From positions 64,001 to 128,000 of the IMG/VR virus record IMGVR_UViG_3300017818_000007: DNA of 64,000 nt. One strand, 5' to 3'. The stretch is from a virus. Shown here in pieces: positions 28,120 to 37,960 of this stretch (its first letter is position 1; each line of letters starts with the position of its first letter). The notes beneath the pieces were generated by a model that did not search any database, was not told the DNA's origin, and saw nothing but the letters and a program-made list of their open reading frames with translations. The position numbers and the translations under genes were made by a program.

Positions 28120-28125
28120 TATTTA
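28120..28125 (-). promoter_or_regulatory. Late promoter core TAAATA, 5 nt before ATG 28114
   Basis: TAAATA CAGTT ATG, just downstream of the capsid terminator. Confidence 0.55.
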
Positions 28126-28131
28126 AGTCGT

Positions 28132-28161
28132 AAAAAAAGGGCGACCTAAGCCGCCCTTTTT
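28132..28161 (-). terminator. Rho-independent terminator after the major capsid gene
   Basis: AAAAAGGGCG-loop-CGCCCTTTTT inverted repeat with T tracts on both strands. Confidence 0.85.
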
Positions 28162-28181
28162 AATTCCTCTAATACTAGATA

Positions 28182-29354
28182 TTAAGAGAATGATACGTTG
28201 GCAGAAGTAATTTGTACTTTACCAAGGTAGTCAGCCGCATTACCTAGTGAAGATGCAGTGTTTGTCAACTCTACATAACCATATCTAGTCATAAATGACA
28301 CAACTGGTTCGAAAGTTGATGGATCTAAAACAACACCTGAAGACATTAGCGGAATGTATGGGCAGTAGAATGCCGCCGCATCTGCTTCTGATGAACCTTT
28401 ATATCCAACAAGCACTTGGTTAGCATCTTGACCTGAATCAGCCAAGTAAGCGTCAACGTAAACTCTCATAGAGTTATTTAAAGTACCAACATACTTAGTG
28501 TTTGTTGGGCCTTCAAAAGTACCTTCAGTTGTTCTTGCGAACGCAGAAGTTGTAGCAGACTGTAGGATTGTCAATGCTTGGTTTGAAACCACTGCAAAGT
28601 TTCCTGCGCCTCTACGTGTACGTTGAGCAATTTTGTTAGCAACTCTGTTAATTTGAACTGCTAAAGCCGCGTGTTCGTCACCAACGAAAGTTGCAGTACC
28701 ACTTACGCCTGCTTGGTCGTAAGTTTCTTCAACTGATGCTAATGAACGAAGTGATTGGATGATCTCTTGATCGATTTCAGCAGTAATTTCTTGTGCTAAA
28801 GCCGCCATGATTTCAGCCTCTACGTCGATGCCTTGCTGTGCTTGAGCATCTTGAGCCGCTTCAAATGTCCAACGAGCAGATAGTTTACGAGTTTTCGCTT
28901 CTACTGCTTGTTTTAAGATTTGAATGCTTAACTTTTTACCTGCAGAACCTTCTAATGTTGCAGTCGCATCTGCCGCATTAGTAGTTGCATTACCTGAATA
29001 ACCTTCAGCAATTTTAAATGGTGAAAGTGCTTCTTCGCCTGCTGTTGCAGAATCGAAAGTTTCAGCATAACGTACTCTTAGTGTGTGGATCTGTGCTACA
29101 GGTCCAGTCATTGGTTGTACACCAACAATCTCGTTAGCGATTGTAGTTGGCATAACACGTCTAATTACTGGAAGGATAACTCTGTTTAGAGTTGCTACGT
29201 TCCCTGCGGAAGTTGCCCCAGCGGTTGCCGCCTCAGCGAGATACTTGCGAGTGTTCTCGAGAGTGACATCCATAACACCTTTTTTAGAACCTTGAAGGCC
29301 TTCTAAAAGTGCTTCTTTGGTTTCCTGCCAGTTGTTGTTGATATTTTCTGACAT
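28182..29354 (-). CDS. gp23: Major capsid protein, T4 gp23 family
   Basis: LPVIRRVMP...EIVGVQPMTGPVAQIHTLR; IL KQAVEAKTRKLSARWTFEAAQD; EITAEIDQEII; AAFYCPYIPL; FMTRYG. Followed by a strong terminator. Confidence 0.97.
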   Translation of the reverse strand: MSENINNNWQETKEALLEGLQGSKKGVMDVTLENTRKYLAEAATAGATSAGNVATLNRVILPVIRRVMPTTIANEIVGVQPMTGPVAQIHTLRVRYAETFDSATAGEEALSPFKIAEGYSGNATTNAADATATLEGSAGKKLSIQILKQAVEAKTRKLSARWTFEAAQDAQAQQGIDVEAEIMAALAQEITAEIDQEIIQSLRSLASVEETYDQAGVSGTATFVGDEHAALAVQINRVANKIAQRTRRGAGNFAVVSNQALTILQSATTSAFARTTEGTFEGPTNTKYVGTLNNSMRVYVDAYLADSGQDANQVLVGYKGSSEADAAAFYCPYIPLMSSGVVLDPSTFEPVVSFMTRYGYVELTNTASSLGNAADYLGKVQITSANVSFS

Positions 29355-29371
29355 TTTTTTGTCTCTCCTTT

Positions 29372-30457
29372 TTAGTTTAATCCCGCTAATCTGCGGAGTT
29401 CAATTAAGTTTGAAGTAGTATCTTCCTTAATTGTGTTTTCTTTATTGCCTGTGATTTCAACGCCTTCGTTTAACGCCTTTTTAACTTTTGGAGCCTTATC
29501 TTCCATCACTGCTGGTAGATACTTCTCAAACGCTGTGTGCAACTTATTAGTTTGCACCGACTCCAAAAGTTCAGACATAATTTCTTTTTTGTCTTTACCC
29601 AATGGAGATAGCAACTCATTCATCACTGCTACTCTTTCTGCTTTGTCTTTAGCCGCAGTAATTTCTGCTTCCTTAGACTCAACAAGAGTTTCCTTCTCTG
29701 TGATGGCTTTCTTAGCCTCTGCTAACGCTTCGTCTTTCTCTGAAACAAGTTTCATTAACTTCGCAGTTTCTGATTTCTCATTTAAGTAAGATGAACCATA
29801 TTCATTAGCAAACGCTTCGAAGATTTTTCTACCAAAGTGGTTTTCTCTAGAAGCCGTGATGTCTTCTTTGAGTTGTTTGATTTCTTCTGCCAACTTAGTG
29901 TTAACAGCGTCCTCAACCACTTTAGCGGACTTAGCAACAAACTTAGATTTAAGTTCATTGAATTTTGATTTTGCTTCTTTAACAAGTTTAACCTTAGTTT
30001 CAGCAAGATCTCTTTTGTCAACTGCAAACTCGTTGATTTCTTTTGCAAGTGCTTTAACTACAAAGTCTTCGAGTTTTACAAAGTTTTCTGTGACTTTTTG
30101 ACGGTCTTCATTTAACTCTGCAATTTCTTTGGTCAATTGCTTGAGCATAAACTCTTGCAATTTCTCAGAATGCTCTGAAACTTTCTTCTTATATTCAACT
30201 CTTGCTTCTGCAAGTGCCTTCTTATCTTCAGAAAACTCAGAAATTTCTGATTCCAAACGCTCGGAAACCATGCGATCAATTGCTTCAACCATGTTTTGTT
30301 TGTCATGCTCGTAGCGATTTGCAAATTCTTCACGTAGTTCAGCAGTCACACTATCACGGTGTTCTTTAATCTTTTCGTCCCAAGCACCAGTAATTTGGTC
30401 TTTGACCTCTTCACTGATAATTCCAGTTTCAAAAAGTTTATTAAAAACATCACTCAT
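29372..30457 (-). CDS. gp22: Prohead core scaffolding protein, T4 gp22-like
   Basis: 361-aa coiled-coil, Glu/Lys-rich protein between protease and capsid genes; FGRKIFEAF motif. Confidence 0.85.
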   Translation of the reverse strand: MSDVFNKLFETGIISEEVKDQITGAWDEKIKEHRDSVTAELREEFANRYEHDKQNMVEAIDRMVSERLESEISEFSEDKKALAEARVEYKKKVSEHSEKLQEFMLKQLTKEIAELNEDRQKVTENFVKLEDFVVKALAKEINEFAVDKRDLAETKVKLVKEAKSKFNELKSKFVAKSAKVVEDAVNTKLAEEIKQLKEDITASRENHFGRKIFEAFANEYGSSYLNEKSETAKLMKLVSEKDEALAEAKKAITEKETLVESKEAEITAAKDKAERVAVMNELLSPLGKDKKEIMSELLESVQTNKLHTAFEKYLPAVMEDKAPKVKKALNEGVEITGNKENTIKEDTTSNLIELRRLAGLN

Positions 30458-30473
30458 CGTGTTTCTCCTAATA

Positions 30474-31100
30474 TTACTTCAAGCCTTTAATGACTCTTAG
30501 CATTGCTTCTTTAAGATACTTTTGTGCTTTAGCATCTTGTTGTACCTCTGATGCAGTCCTAAACGCACTATAACCACCTCGTGTATTCATGATGTGTTCA
30601 TAGATTGGTGTAGGATATGCACCTGGGGCACTAGGTTGTGCTACCACGTCTACCGTGATAATTTCGAAATCGCTAACTTCGCCGTTAGACTCGTTAACAT
30701 TTCCACTACCCCTGCTGGATACACCTAGTTTAACTCCGCTTTGCAACATAGTTTCAACTAGTTTACCCATGGGAGTCGGCAAGATTTTCATCTTGCCAAA
30801 CCCGTTAGGACCATCCATCCACATATCAGTAATCATATGCGATACACGATCCAAATTTACTTTCAAATCATCTGGGTGATCTACTTCACCTAGTACAGAA
30901 TAACCGCCTGAGATTTGATCCTTGAGTGTTTTAACAGCGTTGCCTATCTCGGAAACAGGGTACACACGCTGGTTAGCGTTTTTGACACCACCCTGAATAC
31001 AGATGCCTTTAAGATAGAGATCCTTGCTATCTCCATCTCCCTTTGACTCAAGGGTGACCTGTGCTTGGTCGAATGTCAAATTCTCACGTAAGTAAGCCAT
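30474..31100 (-). CDS. gp21: Prohead protease, T4 gp21 family
   Basis: YLKGICIQ..KNANQRVYP, GEVDHP (His), KLGVSSRGSG (Ser), TVDVVAQPSAPGAY. Confidence 0.95.
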   Translation of the reverse strand: MAYLRENLTFDQAQVTLESKGDGDSKDLYLKGICIQGGVKNANQRVYPVSEIGNAVKTLKDQISGGYSVLGEVDHPDDLKVNLDRVSHMITDMWMDGPNGFGKMKILPTPMGKLVETMLQSGVKLGVSSRGSGNVNESNGEVSDFEIITVDVVAQPSAPGAYPTPIYEHIMNTRGGYSAFRTASEVQQDAKAQKYLKEAMLRVIKGLK

Positions 31101-31119
31101 GTGGCTTTCTCCTTAACAA

Positions 31120-31989
31120 TTATTCAGCACTCTTTGGTGCAGATGCTTTCTTAAAAGAGTCCCCCGCGTTAGCACCTGGTTCATTCTCGAAAGATTTTCC
31201 CATGTCCTTAACTTTTGGAGCACTACCGCCCTTTTCTTCACCACTTTGTGCAATGTTTTTACCATTAGCACCTGAGTCTTTACCACCTTTCGATGCTACA
31301 GGACTCGTAGTGTTATCAGCGCCTTCTGAATTCGATGGTGCAGAAACCTTTTCAACATATTCTCTCATGGTTTCGCCAGCGGATTTACTTTTTGCACCCT
31401 CTTCAACTTCTTCACCATCTTCTTCTGTTGCTTCAAATGGTGCTTCAATTGCTTCTTCGGCTTCTTCTGATTCTTCTTCGTCGGCTTCAGGTGCTTCGTC
31501 TTCACCTTCTTCTCCGCCGTTGTCGCCCATCATGGCTTCAAATTCTGCTTTAAGATCATCAAGTGCGTCTTCTAAGTCAACAACACGATCTTCAAGTTCT
31601 TCGTTTCCACCCATGTCAGCGTGGTGATCTTCTTCATCACCCATATCCATTTCAGGTTCGTCACCTGCTTCAACGTCATCAATCATGTCGTCAGCGGCAT
31701 CTCCGCCTACTTCTTCAACTGATTCTTCGTCAAATGACTCATCTGTTTGTTCTTCTTCATCGTCTGATGCTTCAGCAACTTCCTCAACTGATTCCTCTAC
31801 TTCATCTTCTTTTTCTTCAGTAGACTCTTCAACTTCGTCTTCCTTTTCTGATTCATCAGATTCAATTAATCCTTGATAAATTTCTTTTGACTTCTCTACA
31901 ACGATATCATGGAATAAAGACTCGGCTTTATCCTGCTCTTCGTTGACAAGCAAGTCTAATAACTGTTCAAATTTAGTTTTATCAGACAT
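31120..31989 (-). CDS. Highly acidic prohead core/internal protein
   Basis: 289 aa with long Asp/Glu runs, in the position of T4 gp67/gp68 between portal and protease; role inferred from position. Confidence 0.6.
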   Translation of the reverse strand: MSDKTKFEQLLDLLVNEEQDKAESLFHDIVVEKSKEIYQGLIESDESEKEDEVEESTEEKEDEVEESVEEVAEASDDEEEQTDESFDEESVEEVGGDAADDMIDDVEAGDEPEMDMGDEEDHHADMGGNEELEDRVVDLEDALDDLKAEFEAMMGDNGGEEGEDEAPEADEEESEEAEEAIEAPFEATEEDGEEVEEGAKSKSAGETMREYVEKVSAPSNSEGADNTTSPVASKGGKDSGANGKNIAQSGEEKGGSAPKVKDMGKSFENEPGANAGDSFKKASAPKSAE

Positions 31990-32096
31990 CTTCTTATCTC
32001 CTTTAGTTTGTTAATTGGCAAGGCTGTCATAATATATTTACAAAAAAACCAGTTTTACCGGTACAAATAGGCCGAAAAACGCTAGTTTTATCAATA

Positions 32097-32684
32097 TTAC
32101 TTATCTAATATGTTTTCGAATTCTTTATAAGTGATAGTTTTGTAGTTGCTATACGGTGCAAAATTGTTAGGATTATAACATTTCTTTGTTATAACACGTA
32201 CAAAACTAGTGCTAGAGTGTGCTTTTAGTATGGTTTCTGTTTGTCTTAACCAGTTTCCATAGTAGGTTGCAGGCTCGTGTGCGCCTTTGTAGTTGGGTGA
32301 TCCTGCATAAATGTTGTTTACTCGCTTACCGCCTTCTAAACCAACATAATCAAACCCTAAAATATAGATAGTTTGACAGCCATCAGTGCAGGCTTTATTC
32401 AATGCTGTTGGTCCACTGCTCCATCCTTTGCTCGGATTAAAGTAATTTAAACCAACATATGTTTCGTATGCTTTGTTATAGTTGGTCCATACTTCTGTGT
32501 CGAATTGTGCTCGTTTAGCAACTATTTCATGTACCATCTTAGGGTCAACTGCTATTAATACGTTGGGTAAAAACTCGCGATAAACGGCATTGCAGGCATA
32601 CATTATACCTTTATCAACAAGTTTATTAAGATCAAATTTTTTGCGGGACGTTCCGTTCCCTATTACAAAGCCTGTTCTGTGCAT
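32097..32684 (-). CDS. DUF115/MptE-like (Maf-type glycosyltransferase-like) protein
   Basis: 195 aa; FVIGNGTSR, YACNAVYR, LIAVDP, WSSGPTAL, IYILGFDY motifs characteristic of this fold. Confidence 0.6.
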   Translation of the reverse strand: MHRTGFVIGNGTSRKKFDLNKLVDKGIMYACNAVYREFLPNVLIAVDPKMVHEIVAKRAQFDTEVWTNYNKAYETYVGLNYFNPSKGWSSGPTALNKACTDGCQTIYILGFDYVGLEGGKRVNNIYAGSPNYKGAHEPATYYGNWLRQTETILKAHSSTSFVRVITKKCYNPNNFAPYSNYKTITYKEFENILDK

Positions 32685-32689
32685 TGTAA

Positions 32690-32695
32690 TATTTA
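32690..32695 (-). promoter_or_regulatory. Late promoter core TAAATA, 5 nt before ATG 32684
   Basis: TAAATA TTACA ATG. Confidence 0.55.
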
Positions 32696-32708
32696 AACGA
32701 AATAAAAA

Positions 32709-32957
32709 TTAAAGGCCTGTAGCCTGGTCTGCTGGTGGTTGACCGTACATTGTTTTTACAAACTCAACATCTTTTGCGTGTTCAAGTTCACGTGCTTCTG
32801 CTGTACGTCTAATTTGATTAATTTGTGAAAGTTTTAATCTTGTTTTTCTTGTATCATCAGAACGGACCACTGAAATATCTCTTTCAGCATCGTATCTGTT
32901 ATCGGTAGTAAATTTATTACCGTCAGTATCAAAATAAAAGAATTCTTTTAACAACAT
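32709..32957 (-). CDS. Hypothetical protein downstream of the portal gene
   Basis: 82 aa (DTRKTRLKLSQIN..R...MYG); TAAATA 5 nt before its ATG. Confidence 0.65.
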   Translation of the reverse strand: MLLKEFFYFDTDGNKFTTDNRYDAERDISVVRSDDTRKTRLKLSQINQIRRTAEARELEHAKDVEFVKTMYGQPPADQATGL

Positions 32958-32962
32958 AAAAC

Positions 32963-32968
32963 TATTTA
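32963..32968 (-). promoter_or_regulatory. Late promoter core TAAATA, 5 nt before ATG 32957
   Basis: TAAATA GTTTT ATG. Confidence 0.55.
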
Positions 32969-32972
32969 CCTT

Positions 32973-34706
32973 CTATGCGCCTGGAGTGCCGCCTGGTGGT
33001 GGTGGTGTTGCTCCGCCTTCGCCTCCGCCTGCTGGAGTAGTATCTCCGCCTTCTTCTGCTGGTGGTGGTGCTTCTGCATCTGGTGATGCATCACCAAGAT
33101 TATCTATATCACTAGCAATTCCGCCTGCTGTGACTCCTGCACCTCTCATTTCCATACTTGCACTTTCATTGTTTGGAATTTGATCACCGTTTTCTTCTTT
33201 CCATAGTGATTCATTCTCTGCCATTTCTTCAGGTGTTAGTCCTAAGAAACGTTTAAGTGCAAAACGTTTACTCATATATGGAATTTCTTGTAATGAAGCA
33301 AATGTGTTAACCCTTGCATTATCCATTTCACTTTGTCTGTATGAAGCAAAGTTCATTGGAGGTTGGAATACTAGATCAAATAAATCGTTATCAATGTTTA
33401 CACCTTTAGCATTTAGATACATTTTAAACTCTTTATCAAAGATAAATGCCATTAAGTTTTGTAAACGTTCGCAATATTTGTTAAATCTTAACTCTTGAAT
33501 GTATGCTGTGCCAACTCTACCGTCATTATATTGTGAAGCACTGTCATCTGCACCTGTTGGTAGATAAGAACTTGGAATACGTAAACCACGGAATAGTTTA
33601 TTAGTAAAGAATTTCAAGTCATCAATTTCACCTAGGTTAGTACCACCGGGCAATGTTTCAACCTTAGAACCTCTACCTTCAGCCGTTTGTGGAAAGAAGT
33701 AGTCCTCATTGATAGACAGCGGATTGAAACTAGCATCAATTACATTGGTGCCGCCACCTGAAGTACTTGGAATACGTCTTTGGTTAATTTCATTTTTAAC
33801 TCTTTCAACAAATCCCATAGCAAGGTGTGTTGGCATATTACCTACGTCAATATAGAACACACGTCTTTCAGGTGCTCTTTGTACACGATAGATAATAATC
33901 GCATCTTCTAATAACTCTTTTTGTTTGTAAACTTTAAAAACTGATTCTAATAGTGAATTACCAAATGGAAAGTTTCTATCTAGTCCTTCACTTAAACTGA
34001 TATGTACAAAATGTGCCGCATCAATGGCAAACTGGTTTAGGTTATTTTCAAAACGTGTGCCTGAGTTAGTATTAGCACCACCTACATAACCTCTACCAAG
34101 TGAACCGCCAGCAGTAGTATACTCAACTTGTGAATTAGTTGACTTAGCATCAATTTGTGTCACTGATAAATTTTGAAAATTAGGATTAATATCTCTAACT
34201 ACATATTGCTCAGGCTCTTTGCCTTCACTTTCGTTTACAATAATCTTGTCTAGTTTTGCAGGGTCAACGTGCATCCACTTAAATGTTTCTGGATCACGTA
34301 CAAAAAATGCATCACCGTATTTGAATACATTACGTACAATTTTAAAAATACGTCTTTCAAAATTATTTAGGTCTGCCCACTGTTGTAGATAACCTTTTAG
34401 TACTTTAGTTTCTGTACTAGTACCTTGTTTTTTGTAGTTAATTTTAAAAGGCGTGTTGTTTTCTGGATTTTTCTGTGAACAAAATTCAGCAAGAATATCC
34501 AGTGCCGCATTTACTTCACTGTCCATGTCCATTGTTTCGTACTGACCATAGCGTTCAATACGATTTGGATGACCTGTATAAACATCAGGAAGAAATGATG
34601 AATAGTTGGTACGTGCAGGACCGGCTCCGCCTGATCCTGGAATAGGACTAGTTTGTCCTGAAGTGTCTTTAGGTGTATAATCTGTGAAGTATCTTTTCCA
34701 ACTCAT
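32973..34706 (-). CDS. gp20: Portal protein, T4 gp20 family
   Basis: LEDAIIIYRVQRAPERRVFYIDVGNMP, EDYFFPQTAEGRGSKVETLPGGTNLGEIDDLKFF..KLFRGLRIP. Confidence 0.97.
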   Translation of the reverse strand: MSWKRYFTDYTPKDTSGQTSPIPGSGGAGPARTNYSSFLPDVYTGHPNRIERYGQYETMDMDSEVNAALDILAEFCSQKNPENNTPFKINYKKQGTSTETKVLKGYLQQWADLNNFERRIFKIVRNVFKYGDAFFVRDPETFKWMHVDPAKLDKIIVNESEGKEPEQYVVRDINPNFQNLSVTQIDAKSTNSQVEYTTAGGSLGRGYVGGANTNSGTRFENNLNQFAIDAAHFVHISLSEGLDRNFPFGNSLLESVFKVYKQKELLEDAIIIYRVQRAPERRVFYIDVGNMPTHLAMGFVERVKNEINQRRIPSTSGGGTNVIDASFNPLSINEDYFFPQTAEGRGSKVETLPGGTNLGEIDDLKFFTNKLFRGLRIPSSYLPTGADDSASQYNDGRVGTAYIQELRFNKYCERLQNLMAFIFDKEFKMYLNAKGVNIDNDLFDLVFQPPMNFASYRQSEMDNARVNTFASLQEIPYMSKRFALKRFLGLTPEEMAENESLWKEENGDQIPNNESASMEMRGAGVTAGGIASDIDNLGDASPDAEAPPPAEEGGDTTPAGGGEGGATPPPPGGTPGA

Positions 34707-37012
34707 TACATATTTCTCAATTCTGCTAACATTTGTTTATTAATTCTTATCAATTCGTCCATTTTGCCGCCTGACATTGTATTTACCGATGTGCCAGAAC
34801 TCACAGTATTATTTGATTTTACACTCTCTTTCTCCATCCTGTCAAGATCTGCATCAGTCAAATTGGTCATAGATTTTACCAAACCGCGGCTTTGGTCTTT
34901 AATAGCACCTTCATTTTCTTTTGCATAAGTGTCATATTTCTTGCCCATTTCCTGTGCAGACGATATCATTCCAGAAACATTCATTTTTCCATCAGCAGTA
35001 AACATATTTTGTTTAAGATTTCCTAAATCACCTTGCATCATATTAAGCATTCCACCTAATGGTGAATCTTTAGGAATAACTGCTTCTTCGTTATGAAGCA
35101 CTGAAAGTTGACCTTTACCAAAGTTTTGGAATAAACTGCCAAAACCTCCAGTACCGCCAGCAAACGTTTTAATTTTTCCACTAGCAATACCTTGTTGTAC
35201 CATGTCAGCCATTTCTTTGCCACCGCCATATCCTACTGCTGGATTTAGTGCCGTATTTCTAAGTGCTTCTAATGTTAAACGTTGAGCCTCTTGTTGAGAT
35301 CCTGTTTGAGCAAGAAACATTTGAAATACATCTTGTACTGCTTTGTTTTGACTTATATCAGCCGTACCGCCATTTTGCAATCCTATTGCAAGTTCTTTTT
35401 GTATATTTGCTAGTGCTTTTTTATCAAATGCCGCCGCAACACCTTCTTTACCGAACAATCTTGAAAATGCGTCTCTAATATCTTCTAAAATGTTTGCAAT
35501 ATTTTTAAGAATACCATCATCCATTGTGTTTTCAATGGCTTCTTTTGTTGCCGTGGTTTCGTCTGTTTTGCCTGACGCTGTGTCTCCTGCTGATGTTGAA
35601 CCTTGTGCTTGTAATAGTGCTTTCATTGCATCATTAAAGTTTTCTAAATTAGAGTTAATTTCTTTAATGATAAAACTCATATAAGTTGTATCGCCTAATT
35701 GTTCTACTAGTTCTTCTGCAATTAACAAACGTGTATCACGAATGTTTTTATTCATTTTGGCCATTTCATTTAGATTGTTGTTTTGGTCATCAACATTCCT
35801 GCCTAAAATCTCATTAATTTCTTCTTGTGACTTTGTTCCCTTTAGCATAGCACCGTATATGCTTTGTAGTGGTAGATCTGCTCCTTGGAACGATGCCGCT
35901 AACATAGTTTTCATCATTCCTGGTTGGCCATATGTTTCTTGCAATCCTCTACTACGTGCCGCTACATCGCCAAACAATGTACTTGTAAATTGATCCATAT
36001 TCTCAGCACTGTTGTTTGCATATTGTCTATGCATTCGTAAATCACCATCTAGGCCTTGCACCATGGCACCAAGTTGTTGAGCACCTTTGGTCATAGGTTC
36101 AAATCCTGCAATTACGGCCATTGCTTTTTCACGCCCTTCGTCGCCATACATTTGTCCATATGCCGCTACAATAGCATCATATTTGGCTCTAGTAGCAGGG
36201 TCTTGAATTGTTTGTAGAAATGCGTTGTACACATTATTTGCTCTAGCCTTTTTGATTTGATCTTCTGCTTCATCAACTTGATCACCTGTTAGTTCTGCTA
36301 GGCGTTTCAAATACACACTGTATGATTTTGCTCCTTTGGTTAGATCAACATTCTCTTTGCCATACAAACGCATTGCATAACTGTTTTGATTTAAAAACGA
36401 GAAAAACTTTTCACTAGATTCTTCAAAACTATATCCATACTTCATTAATGATTCTGCGTTTGCTTCAAAGGCTCGTTTACTTTCTTCTACTGCAAAGTCT
36501 AATCCACCTTTGCCTAATCTAGCAATATCTCCACTTGCTGATTGAATATTTGTAGTAAACTTTTCAAGATCAATACCTAATGCGGCCGCATCACGACTGA
36601 GCATATTAAATCTTTTTCCAGCATAAACACCAGCGCCTGTCATACTCTGGAACGATTTCATGTTGTCGTCAAGCACACTAATAATAGAACTTGCCGCAAC
36701 ACCTAGACCCTTCATGATTGGAATAACACTGCTAAAATCTTTTACTACTTGTGTGGCTTTACGTTGTTCTTTAGAAAAGTCAACAACTGATTCAACCATA
36801 CTACCAAATTTGTTAGTAAGTTTGTCTGCAACATTAATTCCTTTAACAATACTACCAACCCAACCATCAAAGGACTTTTTGCTACTGATTACTGTTGCAT
36901 CACCTGCAGAAACCTGTACTCCTAGTGCCCTTGCAAGGCTTTCTATAGAAGCATTGGAAGCAGGGCCTTTTCCGCCACCCAAACTTTTAAGATATTCAAT
37001 TAATTCATCCAT
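34706..37012 (-). CDS. Tape measure protein (T4 gp29-like role)
   Basis: 768-aa helical Ala/Gly/Met-rich protein; YLKRLAELTG motif; C-terminal FAGGTGG...VLHNEEAVIP typical of tape measures; adjacent to the tail chaperone gene. Confidence 0.8.
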   Translation of the reverse strand: MDELIEYLKSLGGGKGPASNASIESLARALGVQVSAGDATVISSKKSFDGWVGSIVKGINVADKLTNKFGSMVESVVDFSKEQRKATQVVKDFSSVIPIMKGLGVAASSIISVLDDNMKSFQSMTGAGVYAGKRFNMLSRDAAALGIDLEKFTTNIQSASGDIARLGKGGLDFAVEESKRAFEANAESLMKYGYSFEESSEKFFSFLNQNSYAMRLYGKENVDLTKGAKSYSVYLKRLAELTGDQVDEAEDQIKKARANNVYNAFLQTIQDPATRAKYDAIVAAYGQMYGDEGREKAMAVIAGFEPMTKGAQQLGAMVQGLDGDLRMHRQYANNSAENMDQFTSTLFGDVAARSRGLQETYGQPGMMKTMLAASFQGADLPLQSIYGAMLKGTKSQEEINEILGRNVDDQNNNLNEMAKMNKNIRDTRLLIAEELVEQLGDTTYMSFIIKEINSNLENFNDAMKALLQAQGSTSAGDTASGKTDETTATKEAIENTMDDGILKNIANILEDIRDAFSRLFGKEGVAAAFDKKALANIQKELAIGLQNGGTADISQNKAVQDVFQMFLAQTGSQQEAQRLTLEALRNTALNPAVGYGGGKEMADMVQQGIASGKIKTFAGGTGGFGSLFQNFGKGQLSVLHNEEAVIPKDSPLGGMLNMMQGDLGNLKQNMFTADGKMNVSGMISSAQEMGKKYDTYAKENEGAIKDQSRGLVKSMTNLTDADLDRMEKESVKSNNTVSSGTSVNTMSGGKMDELIRINKQMLAELRNM

Positions 37013-37048
37013 TCTGTTCTCAAATCTAAATTCTGAATAAACTGCGTA

Positions 37049-37089
37049 TATAAATAAACATACTACATATTATTGTATACTTTTATTTA
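37049..37089. promoter_or_regulatory. Overlapping divergent late promoters: TATAAATA (+, 37049-37056) for gp26 and TAAATA (-, 37084-37089) for the tape measure/portal unit
   Basis: Exact T4 late consensus TATAAATA on the plus strand; CATAAATA on the minus strand in the same intergenic gap. Confidence 0.6.
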
Positions 37090-37105
37090 TGGAGATTAAA
37101 AACCA

Positions 37106-37960
37106 GTGTCAGAACTTTTAAAATCGTACAGTAGACAACCAAAGATCTACCTTAGATTGCCCAGCGGTGGTCAGTTCTATGCTAATAATCCTACTGAAAA
37201 AACAGGTACAGGCGAATTGCCAGTGCTTAGTATGACAGCAAAGGATGAATTAATTCTACGCACACCAGATGCACTTATGAACGGTGAAAGCGTACACGCC
37301 TGCATTAAAAATTGTATACCACTAATTGATGATCCATGGGAAATTCCATTAATTGATCTAGATGCAATCCTAATTGCGATTAGAATCGCAACCTATGGTG
37401 AAAAAATGAAAATGACTGTTCCAGTGCCAAGAGTGGAAAACGAAGATCTAGAAATTGAAGTTGACCTAGTAAGTATGTTGGACAGTTTTAATGGCAAAGT
37501 ATGGGAACCTATTGTAAAATACGGTGAACTAACACTACACACAGCACCATTAAAGTTTCAAGATCAAAACATTTACGAACAGCAAAACTACGAAACACAG
37601 AAGTTTATTTCTCTAATGCGTGATAATGATAGACCTTTAGCAGAACGTAAAGGCCAAATGACACAGTTATTTGAAAGCATTAGTGATATGAACGTTGATA
37701 TTATTGCAAAACAAATCAAAGCAATCGAAACACCAGACGGTGAGTTTGAATACAATGCTGTTGCTATTAAAGAGTTTTTAAATTCTCTAGCAGTAAAAGA
37801 GTTTGATATTATTAGAGATCAAATGCAACAAAGAAGAGAGTTATTTGATCTTCCACCACAAAAAGTAGTAGTTCCACAAAACCTAATCGAGGAAGGAGCG
37901 CCAAAAGACTTTGAAGTCCCAATGGTGTTCAATCAAGCAAGTTTTTTCGCATTGAAGTAA
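37106..37960 (+). CDS. gp26: Tail assembly chaperone / baseplate hub protein, T4 gp26-like
   Basis: GTG start with GGAGA RBS; RQPKIYLRLPSGG, MTAKDELILRTPDALMNG, DLDAILIAIRIATYGE; ends NQASFFALK. Confidence 0.8.
   Translation: MSELLKSYSRQPKIYLRLPSGGQFYANNPTEKTGTGELPVLSMTAKDELILRTPDALMNGESVHACIKNCIPLIDDPWEIPLIDLDAILIAIRIATYGEKMKMTVPVPRVENEDLEIEVDLVSMLDSFNGKVWEPIVKYGELTLHTAPLKFQDQNIYEQQNYETQKFISLMRDNDRPLAERKGQMTQLFESISDMNVDIIAKQIKAIETPDGEFEYNAVAIKEFLNSLAVKEFDIIRDQMQQRRELFDLPPQKVVVPQNLIEEGAPKDFEVPMVFNQASFFALK

Noticed and set aside
29083-30879. Overlapping ORFs within gp23, gp22 and gp21
   Set aside because: Antisense or alternative-frame shadows of well-supported capsid-module genes.
31061-31876. 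Plus-strand Ser/Leu-rich ORFs (31061..31627, 31335..31553, 31563..31823, 31685..31876)
   Set aside because: Antisense shadows of the low-complexity acidic gene (GAA/GAT codons read as TTC/TCT/TCA).
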